Positions 26,073-35,935 of a DNA stretch of 64,000 bases are shown here, piece after piece (the stretch's first letter is position 1; each line of letters starts with the position of its first letter). This DNA comes from a virus (lineage: Duplodnaviria > Heunggongvirae > Uroviricota > Caudoviricetes). The stretch spans positions 1 to 64,000 of the IMG/VR virus record IMGVR_UViG_3300005264_000029; one strand, 5' to 3'. The position numbers were made by a program, and so were the translations under genes. The notes under the pieces were generated by a model that saw only the letters and a list, made by a program, of their open reading frames with translations, was not told where the DNA came from and did no database searches.

Positions 26073-26552
26073 ATGAATGAATTTCTAAAGACATTAATAG
26101 AAGGTCTAGTATTTACATTATTAATTATGATCATTGTGTTCTCAGGGATTTATGGAATGTTATTCGTGTTAGATACTAAATATAACACGCACGTCCTTAC
26201 AGAACCTCTACCAGTTTTTAAACATAATAATATACAGAATTCTCATAGTGAATATAGATCAGGCCTATTACATCATATGGCTAGGGAATTAAACTATACA
26301 GTGAATGTAGTCGCTGGAGCAAGTATGGAGCCTACTATTTTCGACGGTGATAATTTTATATGCGATCCTAAATTAACTCCTCAGATAGGAGATATAGTTC
26401 TAGTTAATAGAATTAATAATACCGAGTATGTACATAGAATACGCGCTATTTATTCAGATCATGTAGTTACTCAAGGTGATGATAATAACTATATAGATCC
26501 AGATATTAATATGTCTGATATAGAATGTGTGGTCGTAGGTGTATACTACTGA
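26073..26552 (+). CDS. type I signal peptidase (S26/Sec11-like; SF clan)
   Basis: N-terminal TM anchor; 'VVAGASMEPTIFDGD' (Ser box), 'GDIVLVNRINNTEYVHRIRA' (His where S24 has Lys), 'GDDNNYIDPD' (GDNN box). Confidence 0.6.
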   Translation: MNEFLKTLIEGLVFTLLIMIIVFSGIYGMLFVLDTKYNTHVLTEPLPVFKHNNIQNSHSEYRSGLLHHMARELNYTVNVVAGASMEPTIFDGDNFICDPKLTPQIGDIVLVNRINNTEYVHRIRAIYSDHVVTQGDDNNYIDPDINMSDIECVVVGVYY

Positions 26553-26593
26553 TACCTCATTACACTTCACTATCAATCGTAACCTCAAGCTTC

Positions 26594-26652
26594 GCTCTCT
26601 TCACTTCGTTTCGATCGTAACCTCAGACCTTCGGTCTTCGATGCTTTCGGAT
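26594..26652. repeat. right arm of about 58-bp inverted repeat
   Basis: see 25343-25399. Confidence 0.8.
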
Positions 26653-26675
26653 TTTCGGATACTACTAAATAGAAA

Positions 26676-26703
26676 CATTTATAAATACTTAAGTACTTAT
26701 ATA
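26676..26703 (+). promoter_or_regulatory. class-A promoter 'CATTTATAAATACTTAAGTACTTATATA'
   Basis: motif match upstream of ATG 26713. Confidence 0.45.
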
Positions 26704-26712
26704 TTTAACAAG

Positions 26713-26976
26713 ATGATGAATGGTAAATTAACAGATAGATTAAAACATTTAGATACATTAAAAGCTAATGATCTAAAGGAGATGGAGGACCATTATCAGC
26801 GATGGTCTCGTAAATGTGGTGAATGTGACTGCTGCGATTTTAATTATTCCTTAGTTCAAATATATAGATTCGAATCAGAATATCACATACAGGATAGGCG
26901 TAAAGGAGATATTCATGATAGAGTAGAATCATATTTAAATAAATTAAATATACATCCAACTGTATATAAGAAATAA
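26713..26976 (+). CDS. hypothetical Cys-containing protein (87 aa)
   Basis: 3' part of track ORF 26539; start after promoter. Confidence 0.4.
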   Translation: MMNGKLTDRLKHLDTLKANDLKEMEDHYQRWSRKCGECDCCDFNYSLVQIYRFESEYHIQDRRKGDIHDRVESYLNKLNIHPTVYKK

Positions 26977-26979
26977 AAA

Positions 26980-27228
26980 ATGCAAAGACAATTACTAAAC
27001 GATACCAAAAGATTAATAGGTAAATACAGAAGAAATTACTGTAATAGAAAATACGAAGCTGAAGATCTAATATGTGATATTCAGAACAGGCAAACTGCGT
27101 GCGCTGTAACTTTCGAAAAACAGATAGCTGATCCTAAGGTACTTAAAATCTTTAGAGAAGTTTATGGTAACTATAGTAAGGAAGGTCTCGCTAGGCCTAT
27201 ACAGCGAGTTATAGGAATAAGTAAATAA
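26980..27228 (+). CDS. hypothetical protein (82 aa)
   Basis: ORF track. Confidence 0.45.
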   Translation: MQRQLLNDTKRLIGKYRRNYCNRKYEAEDLICDIQNRQTACAVTFEKQIADPKVLKIFREVYGNYSKEGLARPIQRVIGISK

Positions 27229-27231
27229 AAG

Positions 27232-27594
27232 ATGGCAAAAGAAATAAAAGTGTGCGCCGCATGCGATAGAGATTTTAAAGTAAATAAAGATAGTCATATA
27301 ATTAGATGTCCTATATGTAGACAAGCTAATAATAATTATAAATATAATTATAGAACTAGGCGTTCAGATTTCATTAAAAAATATAATACTTACTTCGATT
27401 TAAATCGAATTAATAGTACAACCGGATTCTTTAATCTAGGACTTAATAAATGCTCATTAGAATTAGGAACTAAAATAGATAACATACAGGATTATGATAA
27501 ACATATAGAACATATAAGATCGATAATTTCAAGACTGCAAAGTGATATCTTAAAACTTAAAGTATTAAGTCATGAACGGAACGAAGAGAAGTGA
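27232..27594 (+). CDS. FCS-type zinc-finger protein (120 aa)
   Basis: 'CAACDRDF...RCPICRQANNNYKY'. Confidence 0.5.
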   Translation: MAKEIKVCAACDRDFKVNKDSHIIRCPICRQANNNYKYNYRTRRSDFIKKYNTYFDLNRINSTTGFFNLGLNKCSLELGTKIDNIQDYDKHIEHIRSIISRLQSDILKLKVLSHERNEEK

Positions 27595-27627
27595 ATATTA
27601 CTAAACTAGAATCACTAAAAAATAAAA

Positions 27628-28191
27628 ATGAATGAAATCATTATGAATAATATAGTAAAAGAAAATATAGAACTCAATAATAAAATAGAGATTTTATCAA
27701 ATACAATAGAGACTTTAAGGATAAAGATTAAAAATCAAGCAGATCATATTACTAGAGAAAATAAAATTAGGTCAAATGAAAGGCCTAAGATTATAAAGAT
27801 AGTATCTCCTACTAAGGAATCTGAAGGTCATGAGATTAAAAGATTACATAAACTCATACATAACTTAACTGAGAAACATTTAAAATTACAAGAGAAATCT
27901 GTAAAATATATAGCAAGGAATATGCAACTACAAGATGAACTTAAGCGCGCATCTTATTTAGATATTACAGGTAAATTCATATTCGCTAAATGTAAATTAA
28001 AATCCTATACAGGCTATGTACTTAAAGAAACTCTAAGACATATAATTATCGAAACAACAGCAGAAGATCCATATCAATATATATTTCATAAGAATGAAAT
28101 AAGAGGCGTGAAGATCTTTCATGATTTATATACTGAGGATCGAGAGACAAAAACTGAGTTTCGAACGAAACTCCGTGAAGTGAGGAACTAA
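27628..28191 (+). CDS. coiled-coil protein (187 aa)
   Basis: ORF track. Confidence 0.5.
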   Translation: MNEIIMNNIVKENIELNNKIEILSNTIETLRIKIKNQADHITRENKIRSNERPKIIKIVSPTKESEGHEIKRLHKLIHNLTEKHLKLQEKSVKYIARNMQLQDELKRASYLDITGKFIFAKCKLKSYTGYVLKETLRHIIIETTAEDPYQYIFHKNEIRGVKIFHDLYTEDRETKTEFRTKLREVRN

Positions 28192-28196
28192 CAAAT

Positions 28197-28469
28197 ATGA
28201 CAATAGAAAAGAAATTAGAATCATTACTGCATGTGGGAGATCTATGTACTAAGTTACAAGAAAATATGTATTATAAAATACAAGACCATTATAATTTATC
28301 TGATAAAGATATGAAACATAAATGGCTTATGTACCAATTCAAATCAATGCAAGAGGATTCAAGTATTAAATTAAATAAATGTTTAAGCGATATCGAAAAT
28401 ACTGCCATAGATAATTATAACAAAGATCCTAATGCTATGGGATACGTATATAAATTTGACAAGAGGTAA
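28197..28469 (+). CDS. hypothetical protein (90 aa)
   Basis: ORF track. Confidence 0.45.
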   Translation: MTIEKKLESLLHVGDLCTKLQENMYYKIQDHYNLSDKDMKHKWLMYQFKSMQEDSSIKLNKCLSDIENTAIDNYNKDPNAMGYVYKFDKR

Positions 28470-28474
28470 AGATA

Positions 28475-28636
28475 ATGGAAATAAAACAACTAAGAGAAAT
28501 AATTAATAAGAAAGCATTCGATAATATGAATGTAAGAGTTATGGTTGATGGGCATAAAGTAAATGAATTACATATAGGAGTAATTAATAACGAAGAAGGA
28601 TTCTGTAATATCATTCTCAGTTTCTCAGAACTTTAA
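28475..28636 (+). CDS. hypothetical protein (53 aa)
   Basis: ATG-to-stop frame. Confidence 0.3.
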   Translation: MEIKQLREIINKKAFDNMNVRVMVDGHKVNELHIGVINNEEGFCNIILSFSEL

Positions 28637-28645
28637 TATAAAAGC

Positions 28646-29434
28646 ATGGAAGAACTAAAAATAACTAATAAACATGAAAGAGATAGTAGGATAGTTTTCG
28701 ATGAGGAACCTCATATATACTATATAGATAAAGTAGCTTATGATATTTCTGTTACAGGATTTATTCATAAGTTCTTTTCAGAATTTAACCCAAAAGAAAT
28801 CATAGATAAGTATTATGATAAATGGCAACTAGATCAGTCGAGTAAATATAAAGGTATGAGTAAAGAAGATATAGAAAAGTCCTGGACAGATAATGGTAAG
28901 CTGCAGAGCGAACTAGGAACTAAGATGCATCTAGACATCGAGAACTTTTATAATGGAAAAGAAATCGATAATGATTCGATTGAATTCGAATTCTTTTTAC
29001 AATACTTTAGAAAGCATATATACTTAGAAGCATACAGAACCGAGTGGGAAGTTTTCGATGAGAAGCTTAAACTTGCAGGATCTATAGATATGTTATATAA
29101 AAATACTAAGACCAATAAATATGTTATATGTGATTGGAAAAGATCTAAAGAAATAAAGATGCGTAATAACTTTCAGAAGGGATCGAGTCCAGTTAGTCAT
29201 TTAGACGATTGCAATTTCAATCATTACTCATTACAATTAAATGTATATAAACGATTACTAAAAATCAATTATGATATAGATGTAGAAGAAATGTTTCTAG
29301 TAAGATGCCATCCAAACGCTTCAGACTATGAAAAAATTATAGTAAGTAATATGGATAAAGAAGTAGATCTACTTTTCACTTTTAGAGAAATGCAACTGAA
29401 TAAAGAAATTGATTTCAAATTTGATTGTATTTGA
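28646..29434 (+). CDS. RecB-family PD-(D/E)xK nuclease (YqaJ/lambda-exo/Cas4-like, no Cys cluster)
   Basis: 'GSIDMLY' (motif II), 'YVICDWKRSK' (hhDxK), 'YSLQLNVYKRLL' (QxxxY). Confidence 0.55.
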   Translation: MEELKITNKHERDSRIVFDEEPHIYYIDKVAYDISVTGFIHKFFSEFNPKEIIDKYYDKWQLDQSSKYKGMSKEDIEKSWTDNGKLQSELGTKMHLDIENFYNGKEIDNDSIEFEFFLQYFRKHIYLEAYRTEWEVFDEKLKLAGSIDMLYKNTKTNKYVICDWKRSKEIKMRNNFQKGSSPVSHLDDCNFNHYSLQLNVYKRLLKINYDIDVEEMFLVRCHPNASDYEKIIVSNMDKEVDLLFTFREMQLNKEIDFKFDCI

Positions 29435-29473
29435 AATTGAAATCAAAAACATTTTAATTCAAAATAATTTTTA

Positions 29474-29487
29474 CTAGGCATGCCTAG
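29474..29487. promoter_or_regulatory. perfect 14-bp palindrome CTAGGCATGCCTAG; first TGCCTAGA cluster (29474-29545)
   Basis: motif about 20 times in window vs about 6 expected, in four clusters. Confidence 0.5.
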
Positions 29488-29802
29488 ACCAGCACTAGAA
29501 AATCTAGGCATGATCTTGTTCTCTAATTTTTCCTAGGCATGATCTTGATCTCGATTTTTTCAAATTCTTATAAAATCAATTTCGTATTTAATATCAATCG
29601 ATTTCGAATTCAATTAAAATCAATTTCGAATTCAATCGAAATAATAAAACACCCATACGAAATCGATATAATACACTATTGAATAAAACACGAAATAAAC
29701 ATATTTTTCTAAGTAGTAAAAAAGTTTTTATTTTTCACTTTTTAGTTATAAAAATATACTCAAAAAATAAACTTATACTTTACTCTTTTATAGTGGTTAT
29801 AA

Positions 29803-29880
29803 AATGTTATAAACATTTAAGTAGTTATTTTATTATTAAGTGAAAAGATAAAACTTTTTATTTAAACTTTAAAAAATAAA
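29803..29880 (+). promoter_or_regulatory. promoter-leader copy 1 of hyper-AT island
   Basis: 'GGTTATAAAATGTTATAAACATTTAAGTA...AAGTGAAAAGATAAAACTTTTTATTTAAACTTTAAAAAATAAAAATG' similar to 32315-32396 and 36095-36180. Confidence 0.45.
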
Positions 29881-29881
29881 A

Positions 29882-30070
29882 ATGAATAATATAAAAATAA
29901 TAAAAAGTTTTGATTCATATAAAACTTATATTTTAGGAGTTAAAACAAAAATGAATATAAAGCAATTAAGGAGCTTAAAAAAGTTTTTTAATATGAGTAT
30001 TATAAAAAGTAATAATCTTTATAATATGGACTTACTAAGGACTATAAAAAGGAGTTATAAAAATGAATAA
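29882..30070 (+). CDS. hypothetical K/N-rich protein (62 aa)
   Basis: ORF track. Confidence 0.35.
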   Translation: MNNIKIIKSFDSYKTYILGVKTKMNIKQLRSLKKFFNMSIIKSNNLYNMDLLRTIKRSYKNE

Positions 30071-30359
30071 AGAAATAAAAAAATATGAAGTAAGAGAAAT
30101 AAACACAAGTGAAGTAATGTATAAACATTGCTTTAATAATGAAATTATTTATTTAGGTAATGATTTATATTTATTAGATATTGACAGTTTAGGCGATAGA
30201 GATTTTATATTATATGAATTTGAAGAAGATTTTATATTAGAAAATTCTACAAAAATAAATGATTCAGATTTAACAACAGAAGATATAAAAAACGAAATTA
30301 AATATTTAAAAACTAGTTTAGAAAATGATTTAGCAATTATAAAAAGTTTAGAAAAATGA
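30063..30359 (+). CDS. hypothetical protein (98 aa)
   Basis: ORF track. Confidence 0.4.
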   Translation: MNKEIKKYEVREINTSEVMYKHCFNNEIIYLGNDLYLLDIDSLGDRDFILYEFEEDFILENSTKINDSDLTTEDIKNEIKYLKTSLENDLAIIKSLEK

Positions 30360-30535
30360 ATAATTCAAAAATATATAAAGGTTATAAAATTATTTTCGAA
30401 CCAAAATTTAAAGGTTTTAAAGTAAATGTAAGTAAAAATAATTCTTTAGAAAGTGGACAAGAGTTTTTAAGTAGTAATATTGATACTGCTTTTAAACTTT
30501 CTAAAGAGTGGATAAATTTGGAGTTAAAAAAATGA
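30356..30535 (+). CDS. hypothetical protein (59 aa) with 'PKFKGFK' box
   Basis: ATGA overlaps; box shared with 30840 gene. Confidence 0.3.
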   Translation: MNNSKIYKGYKIIFEPKFKGFKVNVSKNNSLESGQEFLSSNIDTAFKLSKEWINLELKK

Positions 30536-30843
30536 ATAAAAAATATTATAGTATTGAAGAGTTTAAAGAATTAAAGGAATACTCAAAAGAGTATAATAAT
30601 ATTAAAAATGATTTAAAGGATTTTAAAAAATCTTATTGTTTTTATATTATAAAAATTAATAAAGAAAATATTGCTTTATTTGTATTTGATAAATATGAAT
30701 ATAATATAAATTTATACTATCAAAACGAAATTATAATTTATAATAATTTTGATAGTTTTGATTATTCAAGTATTGAAAAAAATTTAATAGATGAATATTA
30801 TTTAAAAGATTATATAACTAAAAAACTTGAGGTTTTAAAATGA
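30532..30843 (+). CDS. hypothetical protein (103 aa)
   Basis: track ORF 30508; start at ATGA junction. Confidence 0.4.
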   Translation: MNKKYYSIEEFKELKEYSKEYNNIKNDLKDFKKSYCFYIIKINKENIALFVFDKYEYNINLYYQNEIIIYNNFDSFDYSSIEKNLIDEYYLKDYITKKLEVLK

Positions 30844-31067
30844 ATAACCTATTCAAAAAAGATTTATTAAAACCTAAATTTAAAGGTTTTAAATTGTCTA
30901 ATAAAACAAAAGTTAAATTAAAATTTATTATTAAACATATTATATTTAATAAATTTTTTAATCATTTATTTAGTAGAAAAGAAAATTTAAATTTATATAA
31001 TGTTTTAACAAGTAAATTAAACCACAGAAAAATAAATATAAAAAAACATTATATTATTATAAACTAA
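30840..31067 (+). CDS. hypothetical basic protein (75 aa)
   Basis: ORF track. Confidence 0.35.
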   Translation: MNNLFKKDLLKPKFKGFKLSNKTKVKLKFIIKHIIFNKFFNHLFSRKENLNLYNVLTSKLNHRKINIKKHYIIIN

Positions 31068-31071
31068 AAAA

Positions 31072-31167
31072 ATGAATATACCAAATATATTAAAAAATAA
31101 AAGAAACGGCGACTTTATAGAAATTGAGTATAAAGAAAATTTAAATAATATGGAGTTAAGAAAATGA
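31072..31167 (+). CDS. hypothetical peptide (31 aa)
   Basis: ATGA coupling into RadC gene. Confidence 0.2.
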   Translation: MNIPNILKNKRNGDFIEIEYKENLNNMELRK

Positions 31168-31544
31168 AAAAAATAAAAATTTCAAATAGTGACGCAGTTT
31201 TTAAGAATATTAAAAAACATTTTGATTTATACCAAGAAAATTTTATATTAATTGGTATAAATTCAAATAGTGAAATATTATTAAATGAAGTAATTTTTAA
31301 AGGGGGTGTAAATAATTGTAACATTGATTTAAAGATTATATTTAAAAAATTATTATTAAATAATTGTACTAGTTTTTTTATTGCACACAATCACCCAAGT
31401 AAAAATTTAAATCCAAGTCAATCAGATTTAACAATAAATAATAAAATAAAAAAAGCTAGTGAAATATTAGATTTAAAATTATTAGATAGTTTAATATTTA
31501 GTGATAATAATTTTTATTCGTGTTTTGATAATGAGGTTTTATAA
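31164..31544 (+). CDS. radC: RadC-like JAB/MPN domain protein
   Basis: 'FIAHNHPSKNLNPSQSDL' matches JAB H-x-H-x(7)-S-x(2)-D. Confidence 0.65.
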   Translation: MKKIKISNSDAVFKNIKKHFDLYQENFILIGINSNSEILLNEVIFKGGVNNCNIDLKIIFKKLLLNNCTSFFIAHNHPSKNLNPSQSDLTINNKIKKASEILDLKLLDSLIFSDNNFYSCFDNEVL

Positions 31545-31968
31545 AGTGGTTAAATCAAAAATTATATTTATCAAAACTAAAGAAAATTGTTTTAAACAAA
31601 TTGGGAGTTTAAAATCTTTACATTTGGTTAAATGTAAAGTCATAAATGAATATATTACTTTAAATAATATTGTAAATAGACATAATCAAATTAAAGAAAA
31701 TACTACTTTAATAATTTTACATAATAAAAAAGAAGTGGAATTTAAATATAAAAAATCTAAGGAATTTAAATATATAAATTATGATAAATTACAAAACTTT
31801 TATTTTAATTTTTTACACGGATTTTTAAACAACTTTGAAAATATTTATATTATATATTTGAAGAGAAATAAACAATATTTAAAAGTTACACCTTTTAGTA
31901 ATATAAATAAAAATAGAGATAATTTTAAAGACATAATCACACCACTTTTAAAATTATATAATGATTAA
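31531..31968 (+). CDS. hypothetical protein (145 aa)
   Basis: track ORF 31501; ATG 31531 follows 'GAGGTTTTA' SD. Confidence 0.4.
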   Translation: MRFYKVVKSKIIFIKTKENCFKQIGSLKSLHLVKCKVINEYITLNNIVNRHNQIKENTTLIILHNKKEVEFKYKKSKEFKYINYDKLQNFYFNFLHGFLNNFENIYIIYLKRNKQYLKVTPFSNINKNRDNFKDIITPLLKLYND

Positions 31969-32047
31969 AAATAAAGAACGATATTAAAAATTTAATTTAA
32001 ATTAAAATATCTATTTGAATTAAAACGAAATTAAAGAACACAAACCG

Positions 32048-32110
32048 TGCCTAGATCTCGATGCCTAGATTTTAAAGAACAAACTGTGCCTAGATTTTTT
32101 TCTAGGCATT
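32048..32110. promoter_or_regulatory. second TGCCTAGA motif cluster (4 copies)
   Basis: GTGCCTAGATCTCGATGCCTAGATT...TGTGCCTAGATTTTTTTCTAGGCA. Confidence 0.45.
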
Positions 32111-32314
32111 TAGATAATCATTATTTTTTAACTATCTTAAAACATACCTTAAACTATAATATACTTATACTTAGAATATATAAAAGCATATAAGAAGACT
32201 TTTTTAAAAAGTAATGTTATGACATAACTTAAAACCTTTATACTTAAAATTTAAAATAAATATTATAGTGTCACTTGTCATTATATAAAAGTGTGTGTAA
32301 AATACACCACCTTA

Positions 32315-32396
32315 ACGAAAGGTTTATAAATACTTAAGTACTTATATAATTATCAAGTGAAGAGATAAAAACTTTTTACTTAAACCTTAAAAAATG
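32315..32396 (+). promoter_or_regulatory. promoter-leader copy 2; 32270-32347 near-identical to 36050-36127
   Basis: 'CGAAAGGTTTATAAATACTTAAGTACTTATATA' plus leader. Confidence 0.5.
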
Positions 32397-33368
32397 AAAA
32401 AAGAAATAAATAAAAAAACTTATGATTTAAAAAAATCACAAGATAATAAAAATAGTGAAGAAGTTATAAAAGCTAATATAAAAAATGTTAGTAAATTTAA
32501 TTTTAAAAAAAGTAATGAAATAATTAAAACTAATAATAATAAATTAACAACTTCAAGAGTTGCAATAAATAAAAAAGTTGAAGAGTTTAAATTTAATTTG
32601 GAACAAAAGACAAAAGAAGAAAATAAAAAACTAAGAGAAGAAACAAAAGAAGAAGAAGAAAACCAAGAGATTATAAACAAAACTAGAAGAGAGTTAAATT
32701 ATAGATTTAATTCTTTTTATAATTTTAAACCAAGTGTTTTAAACAATATGGATAAAATTAAAAACTTTGAATTTTATGAAAAAGGCGAAATTTTAAAAAC
32801 TTTTAAAGACGATAAAAAAGAGGGTTTAGTTTATTATCAAACTAATAATAATAATGTTAATTGTTATAGTTTAGGTTTTAGCTTTTGGAGTATTTACGAC
32901 ACTTTAAATTTATTAAATAATAGGTCAAGTGTTTTTTATCAAAATAAAATATACTTTTCAAATAGAGTTAGATTTAATTATAAAAATGAAAAAGATTCTT
33001 TTAATTTTCATACCGATTATTTAATAAAAAACTTTTCAAGTATTACAGAATTAAAAGAATATTACGAAAAGAACAAAAATAAAATCGAAAACAATATAAA
33101 TAAAAAACTTGAAATTGTAGAAAAAGAATTAAACCTTTATAATAAATTGTTTAAATCAAATTCAGATTTTAAAAAACATTTCCAAGAAGAAAAACTATAT
33201 TATATTATAAATAATTTTGGTTCAAGTATAAGAGATAACACTTTAAAAGATTGGGATAAAAAAAATAAATCAAATTACAATAATGAATTAATCGAAATAC
33301 TAAAAGATTTAAATTTAAAATTAGACTTTTCAAATAGATTTGATATTAAAGTTAAAGAGGTTTTATAA
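32394..33368 (+). CDS. large K/N/E-rich hypothetical protein (324 aa)
   Basis: ORF track; ends ...KEVL*. Confidence 0.5.
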   Translation: MKKEINKKTYDLKKSQDNKNSEEVIKANIKNVSKFNFKKSNEIIKTNNNKLTTSRVAINKKVEEFKFNLEQKTKEENKKLREETKEEEENQEIINKTRRELNYRFNSFYNFKPSVLNNMDKIKNFEFYEKGEILKTFKDDKKEGLVYYQTNNNNVNCYSLGFSFWSIYDTLNLLNNRSSVFYQNKIYFSNRVRFNYKNEKDSFNFHTDYLIKNFSSITELKEYYEKNKNKIENNINKKLEIVEKELNLYNKLFKSNSDFKKHFQEEKLYYIINNFGSSIRDNTLKDWDKKNKSNYNNELIEILKDLNLKLDFSNRFDIKVKEVL

Positions 33369-33369
33369 A

Positions 33370-33594
33370 ATGGTTTCTATGCAATATATAAAAGAATTAG
33401 AATTACAAGACGGAATAAGTTTAAACGCTTATTTTGAATATATTTATTTATCTTTAATTAATGGACAACGAACACAAGTAAAAGAATTAATTAATAAATT
33501 AAATAAACCACAGAAATTAAATTTTCACGATTATTTAAATATGGTTTATCAAAACACAGAATATAAAAACGAATTAATAAGAGGTTTAATTTAA
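33370..33594 (+). CDS. hypothetical protein (74 aa)
   Basis: ATG after 'GAGGTTTTATAAA'. Confidence 0.4.
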   Translation: MVSMQYIKELELQDGISLNAYFEYIYLSLINGQRTQVKELINKLNKPQKLNFHDYLNMVYQNTEYKNELIRGLI

Positions 33595-33595
33595 A

Positions 33596-33997
33596 ATGGA
33601 AAATATAGAAAAATTAAAAAACAAAGTTAAAGAATTAAACAATATTATTTATAATATGGAACAAGAAAAATTTTTAACTAAGGTTGAATGTGTAAAATTT
33701 AAAAATAATAATAATGGTGATGTTATTAATTTATTAAGAATATTAGATAAAGAATTAAAAAATAAATTAGAAATTAGAAATTTATATAGTTGTAAATTAA
33801 AAACTAAAAACTTTCTAGTGTCTTTTAATTATTGTAATAGAAAAAATAAAATATTATTTACTTTTGAAAAAGGTTATTTTTCTCATTGTGAATATATAGA
33901 CATAACAACAATAATTAAAAGATTTAAAACTTTAAGATTTGAATTATATTATAATATAGAATATAAAGAAATTAGCTTAAATATAAATATTAAATAA
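33596..33997 (+). CDS. hypothetical protein (133 aa)
   Basis: ORF track. Confidence 0.45.
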   Translation: MENIEKLKNKVKELNNIIYNMEQEKFLTKVECVKFKNNNNGDVINLLRILDKELKNKLEIRNLYSCKLKTKNFLVSFNYCNRKNKILFTFEKGYFSHCEYIDITTIIKRFKTLRFELYYNIEYKEISLNINIK

Positions 33998-33999
33998 AA

Positions 34000-34161
34000 A
34001 TGGAACGAAAAGAATATTTATTAAAAATAAAACAAACTAAAGAAGATATAAAAAACGCAGAAACTAAATATAAAGATTATTCAAATAAAAACGATATTAT
34101 ACATAATCTTAAAATAAGTTTAGATATACAAGAATTTAATTTAAAAGAGGGCAGATTTTAA
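34000..34161 (+). CDS. hypothetical protein (53 aa)
   Basis: ATG-to-stop frame. Confidence 0.3.
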   Translation: MERKEYLLKIKQTKEDIKNAETKYKDYSNKNDIIHNLKISLDIQEFNLKEGRF

Positions 34162-34163
34162 AA

Positions 34164-34409
34164 ATGGAATATTTGAAAACTAAAGATAATTTAAATTTAA
34201 TAGGAAAGAGAGCAAGAATAAAAAACAATGTTTTAGGATATTGTAGTTTTTTATATAATTGTGAAGGAATTATAAAAAATGTTAATGATAAAATTTATCT
34301 CGAATTTAATAAAATTGCATATAGAGATGAAACAGACAAAATAAATAAATCTCCTTTTGGTATGAATGGGGTTTATATTTGTTATGGAGTTATAGAGGTT
34401 TTAAATTAA
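34164..34409 (+). CDS. hypothetical protein (81 aa)
   Basis: ORF track; ends ...IEVLN*. Confidence 0.4.
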   Translation: MEYLKTKDNLNLIGKRARIKNNVLGYCSFLYNCEGIIKNVNDKIYLEFNKIAYRDETDKINKSPFGMNGVYICYGVIEVLN

Positions 34410-34410
34410 A

Positions 34411-34650
34411 ATGAGTCAATATAAAAAAGATTTAATAAAAGAAATGAAAAGTTTTAATATTGAAATTAATAAAAAAGGTATTATGAGCAAAGCACATATA
34501 TTATTAATATTAAATACTATTGATTCAATAAACGATTTAAATACTTTATATATTATAGGTCATAGCTTTTTTGAACAATTAGTATTTTTAAAAATTGATT
34601 CAAGAGATTATTTAAAAGTTTTACAAAGTAGATACAATATTAAAAAATGA
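34411..34650 (+). CDS. hypothetical protein (79 aa)
   Basis: ORF track. Confidence 0.4.
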   Translation: MSQYKKDLIKEMKSFNIEINKKGIMSKAHILLILNTIDSINDLNTLYIIGHSFFEQLVFLKIDSRDYLKVLQSRYNIKK

Positions 34651-34859
34651 AACAGAAAACAGAAATTAAAATAAAAACTAAAAGAGAAAATAAAGACTTT
34701 TCAAATAAGGATATAAAAGAAATAAGAAAAGAAATAAGAAAGAGCGTTAATAATTCACAGACTACCGAAGAAGATTTAAATTTAAAGCTTAATGAAATTG
34801 ATAATGTTTTAAAGAACAAGAAGAAAACACATAATAAATATTATATGAGAGAATTATAA
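34647..34859 (+). CDS. hypothetical basic protein (70 aa)
   Basis: ORF track. Confidence 0.4.
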   Translation: MKQKTEIKIKTKRENKDFSNKDIKEIRKEIRKSVNNSQTTEEDLNLKLNEIDNVLKNKKKTHNKYYMREL

Positions 34860-34912
34860 AACCTATTGGTTTTATATATCGACTAAATAAAATGAAAGGA
34901 GAATTATAAAAA

Positions 34913-35149
34913 ATGAATGAGGAACAAAGCGAAGAATTAATAAAAGTTTTAATTGATGTAAAAGAAGAATTAAAAAATATTGTAAAGGTCTTAAAACCTA
35001 AGCAAGAAATAAAAACCGAAATAGTTAAAAAACATTTATTATCTATGCAAGAGCAAAGACTTATAAGATTTAAAAATTATGTTACTTCAAATAATTTTTA
35101 TAATACATTAACAGAAAAACAAAAAGAAGAGTTATTAAATTTAAAATGA
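34913..35149 (+). CDS. hypothetical protein (78 aa)
   Basis: ORF track. Confidence 0.4.
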   Translation: MNEEQSEELIKVLIDVKEELKNIVKVLKPKQEIKTEIVKKHLLSMQEQRLIRFKNYVTSNNFYNTLTEKQKEELLNLK

Positions 35150-35418
35150 TGAAACAATATAAATATAAAATACAATGGTTAATTGATGTTAATAAGGACT
35201 ATAAATTTAATAATGAAATTAAACAATTATTAAATATTATAGGAGTAAGAAGTTTAGATAAAATTGTTTTAAGAGATAATGATTATAAAATTATTGATAC
35301 ATATAATAGTTTTATTTGTTTTCCTTATGGCTTAGCAGAAAAAGAAACTTTAAAATATATTAAAAAACAAGTTAAGAAAAATAATAAAATTGTTTATGTT
35401 GATTTTGTGAGGACTTAA
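35146..35418 (+). CDS. hypothetical protein (90 aa)
   Basis: ORF track. Confidence 0.4.
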   Translation: MMKQYKYKIQWLIDVNKDYKFNNEIKQLLNIIGVRSLDKIVLRDNDYKIIDTYNSFICFPYGLAEKETLKYIKKQVKKNNKIVYVDFVRT

Positions 35419-35422
35419 AAAA

Positions 35423-35593
35423 ATGAGTTGTAAATATAAATTAAAATCTAATAAACATAATTTAAATTGTTTATCTTTATTTGAAGTTGTAGAATATATA
35501 AAACTTTATGATAAGGATAATACTATAAATAAAATTGAAATAACAAAAGACACAATAAACAAAGAACAAATAAAACAATACTATAATATTTAA
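35423..35593 (+). CDS. hypothetical protein (56 aa)
   Basis: ATG-to-stop frame. Confidence 0.3.
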   Translation: MSCKYKLKSNKHNLNCLSLFEVVEYIKLYDKDNTINKIEITKDTINKEQIKQYYNI

Positions 35594-35767
35594 ACTTATT
35601 ATTACTTTTATATATTGTTTATTAAAGTCTTATTAGCTTTGATAAACTCATTTTTTAAAAGTTTAAGTATTAGTACAATTTTAAAATAAAGGTCTTAAAT
35701 AAACCTTTATATAATTCTATTAAATAAAACAAATTAGATATATAATAAAAAATATTTTTATACAGAT

Positions 35768-35935
35768 CATGCCTAGATTGAAAGTATGCCTAGATTTTTA
35801 AACTTACTTAGATGCCTAGAGTGAAATAATATTCACTACTTTAATATATTATATTGTTCTTAAAATAATTAAAAAATTAATGAAATTATATTATAATTTA
35901 AATTTAAATCAAGTGACATAAGTCTAGGCATCTAC
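35768..35935. promoter_or_regulatory. third TGCCTAGA motif cluster (4 copies)
   Basis: CATGCCTAGATTG...TATGCCTAGATTT...GATGCCTAGAGTG...GTCTAGGCATC. Confidence 0.45.
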
